A stretch of DNA of 64,000 nucleotides from Hydrurus foetidus (taxonomy: Eukaryota). This document shows positions 10,378 through 19,328 of the stretch, piece by piece (the stretch's first letter is position 1; each line of letters begins with the position of its first letter). Where the stretch lies: contig UYFQ01000023.1 in assembly GCA_900617105.1 (NCBI GenBank), forward strand, positions 496,001-560,000, read 5' to 3'. A program made the translations under genes and the position numbers. The notes under the pieces were generated by a model. It was not told the DNA's origin and searched no databases. It saw only the letters and a list, made by a program, of their open reading frames with translations.

Positions 10378-10909
10378 CTACACCATCGGCTGGCTTTGCC
10401 TGCTGGTCGCCCTGGCCGTCAGCGCCTGCGGGCCAGGCACAGGGGGCACCGGCACCGGCCCCACCCTGGAGACATCTGCCCCCAGCCCTGCCTTGCCGAC
10501 GGTGGTCAGCTATACCTCTGCAAGTACGACCGCAAGCCCTGCTTTCGTCATCAGTGCGGCCAACCCAGCCTCCCAGACCGTCACGCTTCAAGTGCAAGGC
10601 GACAAGCTGCAACTCATCGCCAGTTGCCTAAGTTTCAGTGACACAGCTTTGTGGAGCACCTCAACGGGTGGAGAAACGTCTGTGCAAGGCCATATCACCA
10701 CCACCGTAAACGGCCAAACCAGCAGCCAACCCGGTACGCTGTTCCTAACGTACCCTAGCGGGCAAGCCGACAGTACCTTGGTCAGCGTCACCCTCAAAGA
10801 CACAACGGGCAAAATCCTGCTGGGGCCGCTGAACTTGCAACGCAGCAGCACCCCACTGGCCTTGCTGCCTAACTTGCCCAGCACAACGGCAACAGGGTGC
10901 GGCAGGTAG
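10358..10909 (+). CDS. Hypothetical Thr/Ser-rich lipoprotein
   Basis: Hydrophobic leader with lipobox VSAC followed by GPGTGGTGTG; AAGGA RBS; overlaps the DUF6502 stop. Confidence 0.65.
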   Translation: MMHRPFDYTIGWLCLLVALAVSACGPGTGGTGTGPTLETSAPSPALPTVVSYTSASTTASPAFVISAANPASQTVTLQVQGDKLQLIASCLSFSDTALWSTSTGGETSVQGHITTTVNGQTSSQPGTLFLTYPSGQADSTLVSVTLKDTTGKILLGPLNLQRSSTPLALLPNLPSTTATGCGR

Positions 10910-10921
10910 GTGCGCCTGCTT

Positions 10922-11677
10922 CTACCAGCGTTCCATATAAGGCCGCAAATCCAACTCAAACGTCCACGCATCGCGTGGTTGAGCGTGCAAATGCCAGTAG
11001 TTTTCGGCAATGTGGTCGGGGTTCAAAATGCCGTCTTGGTCTTTCAAGGCGTAGCGCTCGGGGAAGCTGGTTCGGATGAAATCGGTGTCGATGGCACCGT
11101 CCACCACGACATGGGCAACGTGGATGTTTTGCGGCCCCAGTTCACGGGCCATGCTTTGGGCCAAGGCGCGCAGCGCGTGTTTGGCACCAGCAAAAGCGGC
11201 AAAGTTGGCGGAACCTCGCAAACCCGCTGTGGCCCCCGTGAACAAAATCGTGCCGTGGCCGCGCTTGACCATGCGCCTGGCTGCCGCTTGCGCATTCAGG
11301 AAGCCACTGAGGCAAGCCATTTCCCAAATTTTGAAATACTTGCTTGCTGTCTCATCGAGGATGCTGCACGGCACGTTGGCACCGATGTTGAACACCAGCA
11401 CGTCGATCGGGCCGTGCTCGGCTTCGATGGACTCGAACAGCGCCGTCACCTCATCCTCACGACGGGCATCGCTGGCGTAGCCGAAGGCTTGCCCGCCGCC
11501 CGCGCGGATGCCATCAATGAGCGGCTGCAGCTTGTCGGCGTTGCGCCGAGTCATGCAGGCGATGTAACCCTCTTTGGCGAAGCGCTTGGCGATGGCGCCA
11601 CCCGTGGAGTCGCCCGCCCCGATGACGAGGGCGACTTTGGGGGGTGCCTTGGTGGGCGTTGTGGTGGCAGTTGTCAT
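10922..11677 (-). CDS. SDR-family oxidoreductase
   Basis: VIGAGDSTGG, VFNIGAN, FTGATAGLRG, FAGAKHALR, WTFELDLRP. Confidence 0.9.
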   Translation of the reverse strand: MTTATTTPTKAPPKVALVIGAGDSTGGAIAKRFAKEGYIACMTRRNADKLQPLIDGIRAGGGQAFGYASDARREDEVTALFESIEAEHGPIDVLVFNIGANVPCSILDETASKYFKIWEMACLSGFLNAQAAARRMVKRGHGTILFTGATAGLRGSANFAAFAGAKHALRALAQSMARELGPQNIHVAHVVVDGAIDTDFIRTSFPERYALKDQDGILNPDHIAENYWHLHAQPRDAWTFELDLRPYMERW

Positions 11678-11687
11678 TGTTTTCCTT

Positions 11688-11720
11688 TAAAAAACGATCG
11701 TTCAGCAAACGAACATTATT
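11688..11720 (-). promoter_or_regulatory. Putative FadP (TetR)-type operator
   Basis: AACGATCGTT palindrome (minus strand GCTGAACGATCGTTTT) upstream of the SDR; resembles the GAACGATCGT core described for Burkholderiales FadP. Confidence 0.5.
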
Positions 11721-11770
11721 CAAAAAATCAGACACTGTCAAGTCATAGCCTTGTCCAACGCAACAGCGAT

Positions 11771-13390
11771 TCAGGCCGCTTGCAACAGGCTTTGTGTGTA
11801 CGGATGTTGCGGCGCAGCAAACAGCTCGGCCACCGGGCCAGATTCCACGATCTCGCCGTGCTGCATCACGATGACATGGTGTGCCATCGCGCGAATCACG
11901 TCCACATCGTGGGTAATCAGCAGGTAGCTCAAACCCCGCTCGCGCTGCAAACGCTGGAGCAGTTGCAAAACCTGGTGCTGAATGGTCACGTCCAGTGCGC
12001 TGGTAGGCTCGTCCAGCACCAGCGTTTGAGGCTGAATGATGAGCGCCCGTGCAATCGCCAAGCGTTGGCGCTGGCCACCAGAAAACTCATGCGGATAGCG
12101 TTGCAGCAGGCCGGGGTAGCTCGCCTCGTCCATTCCCACATCGCTTAACGCCTGCACCACCAGGGCTTGCCGTGATGCGGCGGTACGGCTCGGTTCATGC
12201 ACCCGCAAGCCCTCGCCCACGATCTCTTCCACCGTCATGCGGGGTGACAGGGATGAGAACGGGTCTTGGAACACCACTTGCAACTGTCGGCGCAACGCCT
12301 TGTTGGCCTGGGCATCCCGCCCCCAGAATTGACCCTTGAGCGATAAACCACCTTTGAACGGCACCAAACCCAACGCCGCCAAAGCCAACGTGGATTTGCC
12401 CGAACCCGACTCACCGATCACGCCCAAGGTCTGGCCCGCTGGCAATTGGAACGACGCACCCTTCAGCGCCACAAACTCGCCTTTTTGGAACCAGCCCTTC
12501 AAACCCGGCAGCGGCACGGGATAGCTCACGCGAAGTCCCTCTGCACGCAGTACAGGCAAAACAAGGGCCGCGCCCTGCCCTTTCGCATTCACCCCATCCA
12601 CAGCCCCCTGCGCCACCTCAATCACATCCCGCTGTGGACGGCTGTCCAGCAAGCGGCGGGTGTACGGGTGCTGCGGGGCGGCAAACACCTGCGCCACAGC
12701 GCCTTGTTCGACGAGATGGCCGGTTTCCATCACCGCCACGCGCTGGGCAAAATGCCGCACTAAATTCAAATCGTGCGTGATGATGAGTACCGCCATGGCG
12801 TACTGGCGTTGCATATCGGCCAGCAACTCCAAAATGCCGCGCCGCAAACTCACGTCCAGCGCGGTCGTCGGCTCATCGGCCAGCAGCAGCTTGGGTTTGC
12901 AGGCCAGCGCCATCGCGATCATGGCCCGCTGGCGTTGACCACCGCTCAGCTGGTGCGGGAAGCTCTGCGCACGGCGTGCAGGCTCGGGGATGCCAGTACT
13001 TGCTATTAACTCAATAGCTGCCAACGCCGCCTGCTTGGGCGATAAAGCCTGTTTTAGCTGCAAAACTTCAGCGATTTGATCGCCAATGGTGAACAACGGG
13101 TTCAGCGCAGTCATCGGCTCCTGAAAAATCATCGCGATGTCTTGCCCCCGCACAGCGCGCAGGTCATGCTCTGAAAGCGATAGCAGGTCACGCCCATCGA
13201 ATAAGCACTGACCGCTGGTTTGGGCGTTTTGCACCAGCCCCAACAGGCTGAGCGCAGTGATCGTCTTGCCCGAACCCGATTCACCCACCAAAGCCAGCCG
13301 CTCGCCAGCTTCCAGGCTGAAACTGATGCGGTTAACGACCGTTTTGTCGCCGAACTTGACGCTCAGGTCTTGGACGTTCAGTAAAGTCAT
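11771..13390 (-). CDS. yejF: ABC transporter fused double ATPase (YejF-like)
   Basis: Two GESGSGK Walker A motifs, LSGGQRQR and FSGGQRQR; ATG 13390. Confidence 0.88.
   Translation of the reverse strand: MTLLNVQDLSVKFGDKTVVNRISFSLEAGERLALVGESGSGKTITALSLLGLVQNAQTSGQCLFDGRDLLSLSEHDLRAVRGQDIAMIFQEPMTALNPLFTIGDQIAEVLQLKQALSPKQAALAAIELIASTGIPEPARRAQSFPHQLSGGQRQRAMIAMALACKPKLLLADEPTTALDVSLRRGILELLADMQRQYAMAVLIITHDLNLVRHFAQRVAVMETGHLVEQGAVAQVFAAPQHPYTRRLLDSRPQRDVIEVAQGAVDGVNAKGQGAALVLPVLRAEGLRVSYPVPLPGLKGWFQKGEFVALKGASFQLPAGQTLGVIGESGSGKSTLALAALGLVPFKGGLSLKGQFWGRDAQANKALRRQLQVVFQDPFSSLSPRMTVEEIVGEGLRVHEPSRTAASRQALVVQALSDVGMDEASYPGLLQRYPHEFSGGQRQRLAIARALIIQPQTLVLDEPTSALDVTIQHQVLQLLQRLQRERGLSYLLITHDVDVIRAMAHHVIVMQHGEIVESGPVAELFAAPQHPYTQSLLQAA
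13001..13055 (-). repeat. Dispersed ~55-bp motif, copy inside yejF
   Basis: Minus strand AAAACAGGC-N27-AGCTAT-TGAGTTA-ATAGCA. Confidence 0.7.
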
Positions 13391-14436
13391 GACTGCGCCT
13401 TTCGGGGGTCTAGCGCATCCCGCAGCGCGTCGCCCATGAACGTCAGCAGCAGCAGCGTCAGCACCAGCACACCGAACGTGGAAAGCGATATCCACCACGC
13501 ATCAATGTTGGCCTTACCCTGGCTCAGCAGCTCGCCCAGCGAAGGCGTACCGGGTGGCACGCCCAAGCCCAGAAAGTCCAGCGATGTCAGCGCCAAAATC
13601 GCCGCACTCATGCGGAACGGCAAGAACGTCACCACCGGTGTCATGCTGTTGGGCAGGATGTGCCGCCACATGATTTGCCCATTGCTCACGCCCAGAGCGC
13701 GGGCGGCACGCACATAGTCCATCTGTCGGTTGCGCAAAAACTCAGCCCGCACGTAGTCAGAAAGGCCCATCCAGCCAAACAAACTGAGCAACACCAGCAG
13801 CAACCCCACGCTGGGGGCGAACACCGCGCTGAAGATGATGAGCAAATACAGCTCAGGCATGGAACCCCAAATCTCGATGAAGCGCTGAAACGCCAAATCC
13901 GTCTTGCCCCCAAAGTAGCCCTGAACCGCCCCGGTGGCGATGCCCAACACCACGCCCGTCACAGTCAGCGCCAGCGCAAACAGCACGCTGACCCGAAAGC
14001 CATAAATCAGCTGCGCCAACAAATCACGCCCCCGGTCATCGGTGCCGAACAGGTTCTCACGCGAGGGTGCTGCGGGGTTCGGTGACTTGGCAAAGTAATT
14101 GATCGTCTTGGGGCCGTAAGGGTTGGGCGGGTAAACAGCCCAATTGCCCGGCTTGGCCAGTTGCGCCTGAATGAAGGGGTCGAGGTAATCGGTAGGTGTC
14201 TCGAAATCCCCACCAAACGTCTTTTCAGAATAGTCCTTGAGCAGCGGGAAGTAGGTTTGCCCTTGATAGCGCAGCACCAGCGGACGGTCGCTGGACAGCA
14301 CCTCGGCCAGCAGGCTAAGCACGACCAGGGTGCAAAAAATCAGCAGACTCCAGTAGCCCAAGCGGTTGCGCTTGAAGCGCTGCCATGCGCGGCGGGCGGG
14401 ACTCGCGCTTGGCGAAGGGTTAATCAAATTTGACAC
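13387..14436 (-). CDS. yejE: ABC transporter permease (YejE-like)
   Basis: FGTDDRGRDLLAQLIYGFRVS, EAA-like YVRAARALG; GTG start 14436 overlapping yejB end. Confidence 0.88.
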   Translation of the reverse strand: MSNLINPSPSASPARRAWQRFKRNRLGYWSLLIFCTLVVLSLLAEVLSSDRPLVLRYQGQTYFPLLKDYSEKTFGGDFETPTDYLDPFIQAQLAKPGNWAVYPPNPYGPKTINYFAKSPNPAAPSRENLFGTDDRGRDLLAQLIYGFRVSVLFALALTVTGVVLGIATGAVQGYFGGKTDLAFQRFIEIWGSMPELYLLIIFSAVFAPSVGLLLVLLSLFGWMGLSDYVRAEFLRNRQMDYVRAARALGVSNGQIMWRHILPNSMTPVVTFLPFRMSAAILALTSLDFLGLGVPPGTPSLGELLSQGKANIDAWWISLSTFGVLVLTLLLLTFMGDALRDALDPRKAQS

Positions 14437-15454
14437 GCGGATCCACCCACACATAGCAAAGGTCGCTCACCAGCTTGGTGACCAAGCCAATCAGCGTGAA
14501 CAAATACAGCGTACCTAACACGACAGGGTAGTCGCGCCGGATAACAGCTTCGTAGCTCAGCAGCCCCAGGCCGTCCAGCGAGAACAGTGTCTCAATCAGC
14601 AGCGAGCCGGTGAAAAATGCCCCAATGAACGCCGCCGGAAAGCCGGTGACGATAGGAATCAGCGCGTTGCGCATCACATGCTTCCACAGCACCTGCCGCT
14701 CGGACAAACCTTTGGCGCGGGCGGTCAGCACGTACTGCTTGCGGATTTCTTCCAAAAAAGCGTTTTTGGTCAGCATCGTGGTCACGGCGAAACTGCCCAA
14801 AACCATCGCGGTGATGGGCAGGGCAATATGCCAAAGGTAGTCCGTTACCCGTGCGCCCCAGCTCAGCGTTTCCCAGTTGCTTGAAGTCAGCCCCCGCAGC
14901 GGGAACCACTGCAACTGCCCGCCAAAAATCACCAGCAGCGCCACACCCAGCACAAAGCCCGGAATGGCGTAACCGACCAGCACCAGCAGCGTCGTCACCA
15001 TGTCAAACCGCGAACCCGCCCGCACAGCTTTGGCGACCCCCAGCGGCACGGCGATCAGGTAGCTGATGAAGAACGTCCACAGCCCCAGACTGATGGACAC
15101 CGGCATTTTTTCTTTGACCAACGCCCACACGTCTTTGTGCTGATAGAAGCTTTTACCCATGTCAAACCGAGCGAACTGGCCGAGCATTTGGATAAAGCGC
15201 TCGTGGGCTGGCTTGTCGAAGCCGTAAAGCTGGCGGATCTCAGCAATGCGCTTCTCGTCCACGCCTTGGCGGCCCCGGTAGCCCGCGCCCGATGCGGCAG
15301 CACGCTCGCCACCCGAATCCCGTCCTTGCAACTGCGACACCATTTGCTCGACCGGCCCACCGGGTACAAACTGGATGACGGCAAAGGTCAGCAGCAAAAT
15401 ACCCAGCAGGGTGGGCAGCATGAGTGCAAAGCGCTTGAGGATGTAACTGACCAT
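14420..15454 (-). CDS. yejB: ABC transporter permease (YejB-like)
   Basis: QFVPGGPVEQ, LYGFDKP, YVLTARAKGL, VDPRVKF. Confidence 0.9.
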   Translation of the reverse strand: MVSYILKRFALMLPTLLGILLLTFAVIQFVPGGPVEQMVSQLQGRDSGGERAAASGAGYRGRQGVDEKRIAEIRQLYGFDKPAHERFIQMLGQFARFDMGKSFYQHKDVWALVKEKMPVSISLGLWTFFISYLIAVPLGVAKAVRAGSRFDMVTTLLVLVGYAIPGFVLGVALLVIFGGQLQWFPLRGLTSSNWETLSWGARVTDYLWHIALPITAMVLGSFAVTTMLTKNAFLEEIRKQYVLTARAKGLSERQVLWKHVMRNALIPIVTGFPAAFIGAFFTGSLLIETLFSLDGLGLLSYEAVIRRDYPVVLGTLYLFTLIGLVTKLVSDLCYVWVDPRVKFD

Positions 15455-17347
15455 TTACGGTTGACCCTTTAAGTTGGAGGGCGAGGCCCACCAGGTGCTG
15501 GCCGCCCAAGTGTCCACTTGGTAGTAAGGCGGGATGACTTTGGGTAACACAAACTGCCCAGGCCGGTAGCCGACAAAGAACGCATCGCCGTACCACTGGG
15601 GAATCGAGTAATGGCCATGCGTCAGCACGCGGTCTAACGCACGCATGGCAGTAACAAGTGCGGGCCGGGTGGTGGCGGTCACCACCTTTTGCAGCAGCGC
15701 ATCCACAGCCGGATCGGCAATACCCCAGATATTGGATGAACCCGGTGTGGTGGCGGCTTTGGAGCCGAACTGCTCAATCAGCTCACCGCCAGGGGCGGTG
15801 GAGCCGGGCAAGCGCAGGCTGGTCATTTCAAAATCAAACGCATCCATCTTTTGCTTGGACAGCGAATAATCCACCACGCGGTAACGCAGCTGGATGCCTA
15901 ATTTTTCCAGCGATTTTTGCAGCGGCCCCACCACCCGAACCAAGCTAGGCTGATCGCTCAAAAACTCGATAGTGAAGGCGTCGCCTTTGGCATTGCGTAA
16001 TGCCCCGTCTTTGTAATCCCACCCGGCATCGTGCAGCAACTTCTGCGCTTGGCGCAGGTTGTCACGCAGGCTGGATGGCGGGTTGGTGCTGGGGGACAAA
16101 AAAGCTGGGCCAAACACGGTGGGGTTCAGCTTTTGGCGCAGCGGCTCTAACAACGCCAGTTCATCGGCTTGGGGCAAGCCCTCGGCGTGGAAATCGCTGT
16201 TCGGGTAATAACCGTCCACACGCTTGTACAGACCGTAAAACAGCTGCCGGTTCAGCCACTCGAAATCCATCGCCAAACCCAGCGCACGGCGCACTCGCAG
16301 GTCTTGGAATTTCGGGTTGCGCAGGTTGAAGATATAGCCCTGAAAATCCCCAGGGTTGCGGTTTTCAAACGCCCGCTTGGCCAGCTCGCCTGATTCAAAT
16401 TGGCGGCCTTTGTACTGCCGTGCCCAGTTGCGCGAGATGAATTCACGCATGAAATCAAACTCCCCCGCCCGCAAGCCCTCAAAGCGTGCCGTCTCGTCCA
16501 GATACGTTTTATAGGTGATGCGGTCAAAGTTGAACTGCCCCCGGCGCGTAGGCAAATTCGCCCCCTGCTCGCCACCCCAGTAGGCGGGATCACGGGTGTA
16601 GGTAACGTCCTGCCCCAGTTTCACGTTGATGAGCTTGTAGGGGCCAGAGCCTATGGGCACCTCGTTGATGAGCTCATCAAAAGCGCGGCCTTTGCCCCAG
16701 TCGCGGCTGAACACGGGCAAGCCGGTGCCCACAATCAAGGGCAACTCGGGGTTGGGGCTGGCGAAATCAAAGCGCACTGTGCGCTCGTTCACCACCGTCA
16801 CGCCTTTGATTTCCACAAAAATCGCCCGGTACTGGGGAGCTGCCTGCTTGCTGATGAGCGTGGCATACGAATGCGCCACGTCAGCAGCCAGCACGGGCTT
16901 GCCGTCATGGAATTTAGCGGCAGGATGCAGGCGGAACGTGGCTGAGAGCTTGTCAGCAGGCACCGCCACATCATCTGCCAGCAGGCCGTAAGCGGTGGTG
17001 GGCTCTTCGGAATTACCCGTCAGCAAGGTTTCCATCAACAGGCCCGAAATCCCGTTAGGCGCAGTACCTTTAAGGGTGAAAGGGTTGTACTTGTCAAAAT
17101 TGGTCGCCCGCGTAGGCGGTACCATGCGAATCTCGCCGCCCTTGGGTGCATCTGGGTTGACGTAGCTGAAATGGGTGAACCCCGCAGGGTATTGGATGTC
17201 GCCGAACTGGGCATAGGCGTGGGCAGCCCATGCGGGCAGCGCGCCCCAAAGAACAAATGCACAGGCCAATGCCCATGTGGCACCTTGCAGTCTGGATGTG
17301 GTGAGTTTGAGGTTACGGTTCATTTGCACAATGCGTTTCTGGCGCAT
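15455..17347 (-). CDS. yejA: Peptide ABC transporter solute-binding protein (YejA-like)
   Basis: HFSYVNPDAPKGG, FDKYNPFTLKG, PIGSGPY, FQDLRVRRAL; start uncertain. Confidence 0.88.
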   Translation of the reverse strand: MRQKRIVQMNRNLKLTTSRLQGATWALACAFVLWGALPAWAAHAYAQFGDIQYPAGFTHFSYVNPDAPKGGEIRMVPPTRATNFDKYNPFTLKGTAPNGISGLLMETLLTGNSEEPTTAYGLLADDVAVPADKLSATFRLHPAAKFHDGKPVLAADVAHSYATLISKQAAPQYRAIFVEIKGVTVVNERTVRFDFASPNPELPLIVGTGLPVFSRDWGKGRAFDELINEVPIGSGPYKLINVKLGQDVTYTRDPAYWGGEQGANLPTRRGQFNFDRITYKTYLDETARFEGLRAGEFDFMREFISRNWARQYKGRQFESGELAKRAFENRNPGDFQGYIFNLRNPKFQDLRVRRALGLAMDFEWLNRQLFYGLYKRVDGYYPNSDFHAEGLPQADELALLEPLRQKLNPTVFGPAFLSPSTNPPSSLRDNLRQAQKLLHDAGWDYKDGALRNAKGDAFTIEFLSDQPSLVRVVGPLQKSLEKLGIQLRYRVVDYSLSKQKMDAFDFEMTSLRLPGSTAPGGELIEQFGSKAATTPGSSNIWGIADPAVDALLQKVVTATTRPALVTAMRALDRVLTHGHYSIPQWYGDAFFVGYRPGQFVLPKVIPPYYQVDTWAASTWWASPSNLKGQP

Positions 17348-17475
17348 TGTAGGGTTCACTGGGGCAGGCTGGCGTGGGCGCTTATCAGGCGGCGTGCGAC
17401 AATTTGTGCAACGGCTGAGCTGCCATCAGCACACCGCATCACTTCAACCAATTCCGCAGATTCGAGGATCAAAAC

Positions 17476-18267
17476 ATGGGCTTTTTAGCTGGCAAAAAAT
17501 TGCTGATCACCGGCGTACTCAGCAACCGCTCTATCGCCTACGGCATCGCCAAAGCCTGCCACCGCGAAGGTGCCGAACTGGCCTTCAGCTACGTGGGTGA
17601 GCGCTTCAAAGACCGCATCACCGAGTTTGCAGCGGATTTCGATTCCACACTGATTTTTGACTGCGACGTGGGCAGCGACGAACAAATCGATGCGCTGTTT
17701 GCTGACTTGTCCAAGACGTGGCCCCAGTTTGACGGCTTCGTCCACAGCATCGGCTTTGCCCCGCGCGAAGCCATCACGGGCGACTTTTTGGAAGGTTTGA
17801 CCCGCGAAGGCTTCAAAATCGCCCACGACATCAGCGCCTACAGCTTCCCCGCGATGGCCAAGGCCGCCCGCCCCTATTTGAGCGACAAAGCAGCCTTGCT
17901 GACGCTGACCTACCTGGGCGCACTGCGCGTCTTGCCCAACTACAACACGATGGGCTTGGCCAAAGCCTCGTTGGAAGCCAGCGTGCGCTATTTGGCGGAA
18001 TCCCTCGGCCCACAAGGCGTGCGCGTCAACGGCATCAGCGCGGGCCCGATCAAAACGCTGGCTGCCAGCGGTATCAAAGATTTCGGCAAGATGCTCAAAG
18101 CCAGCGCCGCAGCCCCGATCCGCCGCAACGTGACGGTGGACGATGTAGGCAATGTGGCGGCGTTTTTGCTGAGCGATTTGGCAGCGGGCGTGAGTGCTGA
18201 GATCACTTACGTGGACGGCGGCTTCAGCAACATCGTGGCAGGGATTGGCGAGCCTGCGGAAGGCTAA
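17476..18267 (+). CDS. fabI: Enoyl-ACP reductase
   Basis: [51 protein letters not shown]. Confidence 0.97.
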   Translation: MGFLAGKKLLITGVLSNRSIAYGIAKACHREGAELAFSYVGERFKDRITEFAADFDSTLIFDCDVGSDEQIDALFADLSKTWPQFDGFVHSIGFAPREAITGDFLEGLTREGFKIAHDISAYSFPAMAKAARPYLSDKAALLTLTYLGALRVLPNYNTMGLAKASLEASVRYLAESLGPQGVRVNGISAGPIKTLAASGIKDFGKMLKASAAAPIRRNVTVDDVGNVAAFLLSDLAAGVSAEITYVDGGFSNIVAGIGEPAEG

Positions 18268-18319
18268 ACAGGCATTTCAGCATATTGGACGTGCGCTGAA
18301 AGCTATACATTCAATAGCA
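18265..18319 (+). repeat. Dispersed ~55-bp motif, intergenic copy after fabI
   Basis: TAAACAGGC-N27-AGCTAT-ACATTCA-ATAGCA. Confidence 0.7.
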
Positions 18320-18366
18320 GTGACGGAAGCATAAGAACATCAACCTTGGCTGAGCCATTCACTGTC

Positions 18367-19269
18367 ATGACTGTTTCCTGCACACATCAGCTCGACCGCC
18401 GCTCCGTTTTGCAGCGTCTGTTGCTGTCTATCGCGGCAAGCGCCATCGCAGGGGCTGCGCCGCAGGCCCAAGCGGCCAACGCCAACGCGCCCGCCTTGAT
18501 GCTCGCCAAGGTTTATCACCCCGGCGTGTCACTGGACGGCTACTGGGTCAGTGAGAAATACGATGGCGTGCGTGGCTACTGGGATGGCACACAGCTGCTG
18601 ACCCGTGGCGGTGAGCGCGTCACACCGCCCAGTTGGTTCACCGCAGGCTGGCCCTCGGTGCCGATGGACGGCGAGCTGTGGGCTGGCCGAGGTGCATTCT
18701 CAACGGCGGTATCTACCGTGCGGCAACAGTTGCCGAAGGATGCAGCTTGGCGACCAATGCGCTTCATGGTGTTTGACTTGCCAGCGCAAGGCGCAAGCTT
18801 TGACGAACGCCTGCCTGTGCTCGGGCAAACGCTGGACGCCTTGCAGTCGGCGGCGCCCTGGGTGAAGCCTGTTGCACAAACCAAGGTCGCTGACCATGCC
18901 GAGCTACAAGCTTTGCTGCAAACCATCCTGCAAGCCGGTGGCGAAGGTCTGGTGCTGCACCGAGGGGCATCGCTCTACAGCGCCCAGCGCAATGACGATC
19001 TGCTCAAGTTCAAGCCTTATGAGGATGCCGAAGCCCGTGTCATTGCGCTTGTCCCAGGACAAGGCAAATACCAAGGGCTGATGGGCGCTCTGCTGGTGGA
19101 AACACCTCAAGGTCAGCGCTTCAAACTGGGCACCGGCTTCAGCGATGCCCAACGCCGCTATCCACCACAGGCAGGGGCTTGGGTGACTTACCGCTTCAGG
19201 GACGTGAACCCCAGCGGTCTACCACGCTTCGCCAGCTTCTTGCGGGTGCAAGAGGACATGCCGCGTTAG
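18367..19269 (+). CDS. Minimal ATP-dependent DNA ligase with export signal (Lig E type)
   Basis: SEKYDGVRG (KxDG motif I), DGELW, GGEGLVL, LLKFKP, OB domain GTGFSD..PRFASF; leader DRRSVL...AQA. Confidence 0.88.
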   Translation: MTVSCTHQLDRRSVLQRLLLSIAASAIAGAAPQAQAANANAPALMLAKVYHPGVSLDGYWVSEKYDGVRGYWDGTQLLTRGGERVTPPSWFTAGWPSVPMDGELWAGRGAFSTAVSTVRQQLPKDAAWRPMRFMVFDLPAQGASFDERLPVLGQTLDALQSAAPWVKPVAQTKVADHAELQALLQTILQAGGEGLVLHRGASLYSAQRNDDLLKFKPYEDAEARVIALVPGQGKYQGLMGALLVETPQGQRFKLGTGFSDAQRRYPPQAGAWVTYRFRDVNPSGLPRFASFLRVQEDMPR

Positions 19270-19328
19270 GTCGCTTTAGACGGTTTTAAGCGGCTTTGGG
19301 CGGCTTAAGCGGCTGGCATGCATGCGGC

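Noticed and set aside
10910..12148. 412-aa plus-strand ORF
   Set aside because: Antisense shadow of the SDR and the yejF end
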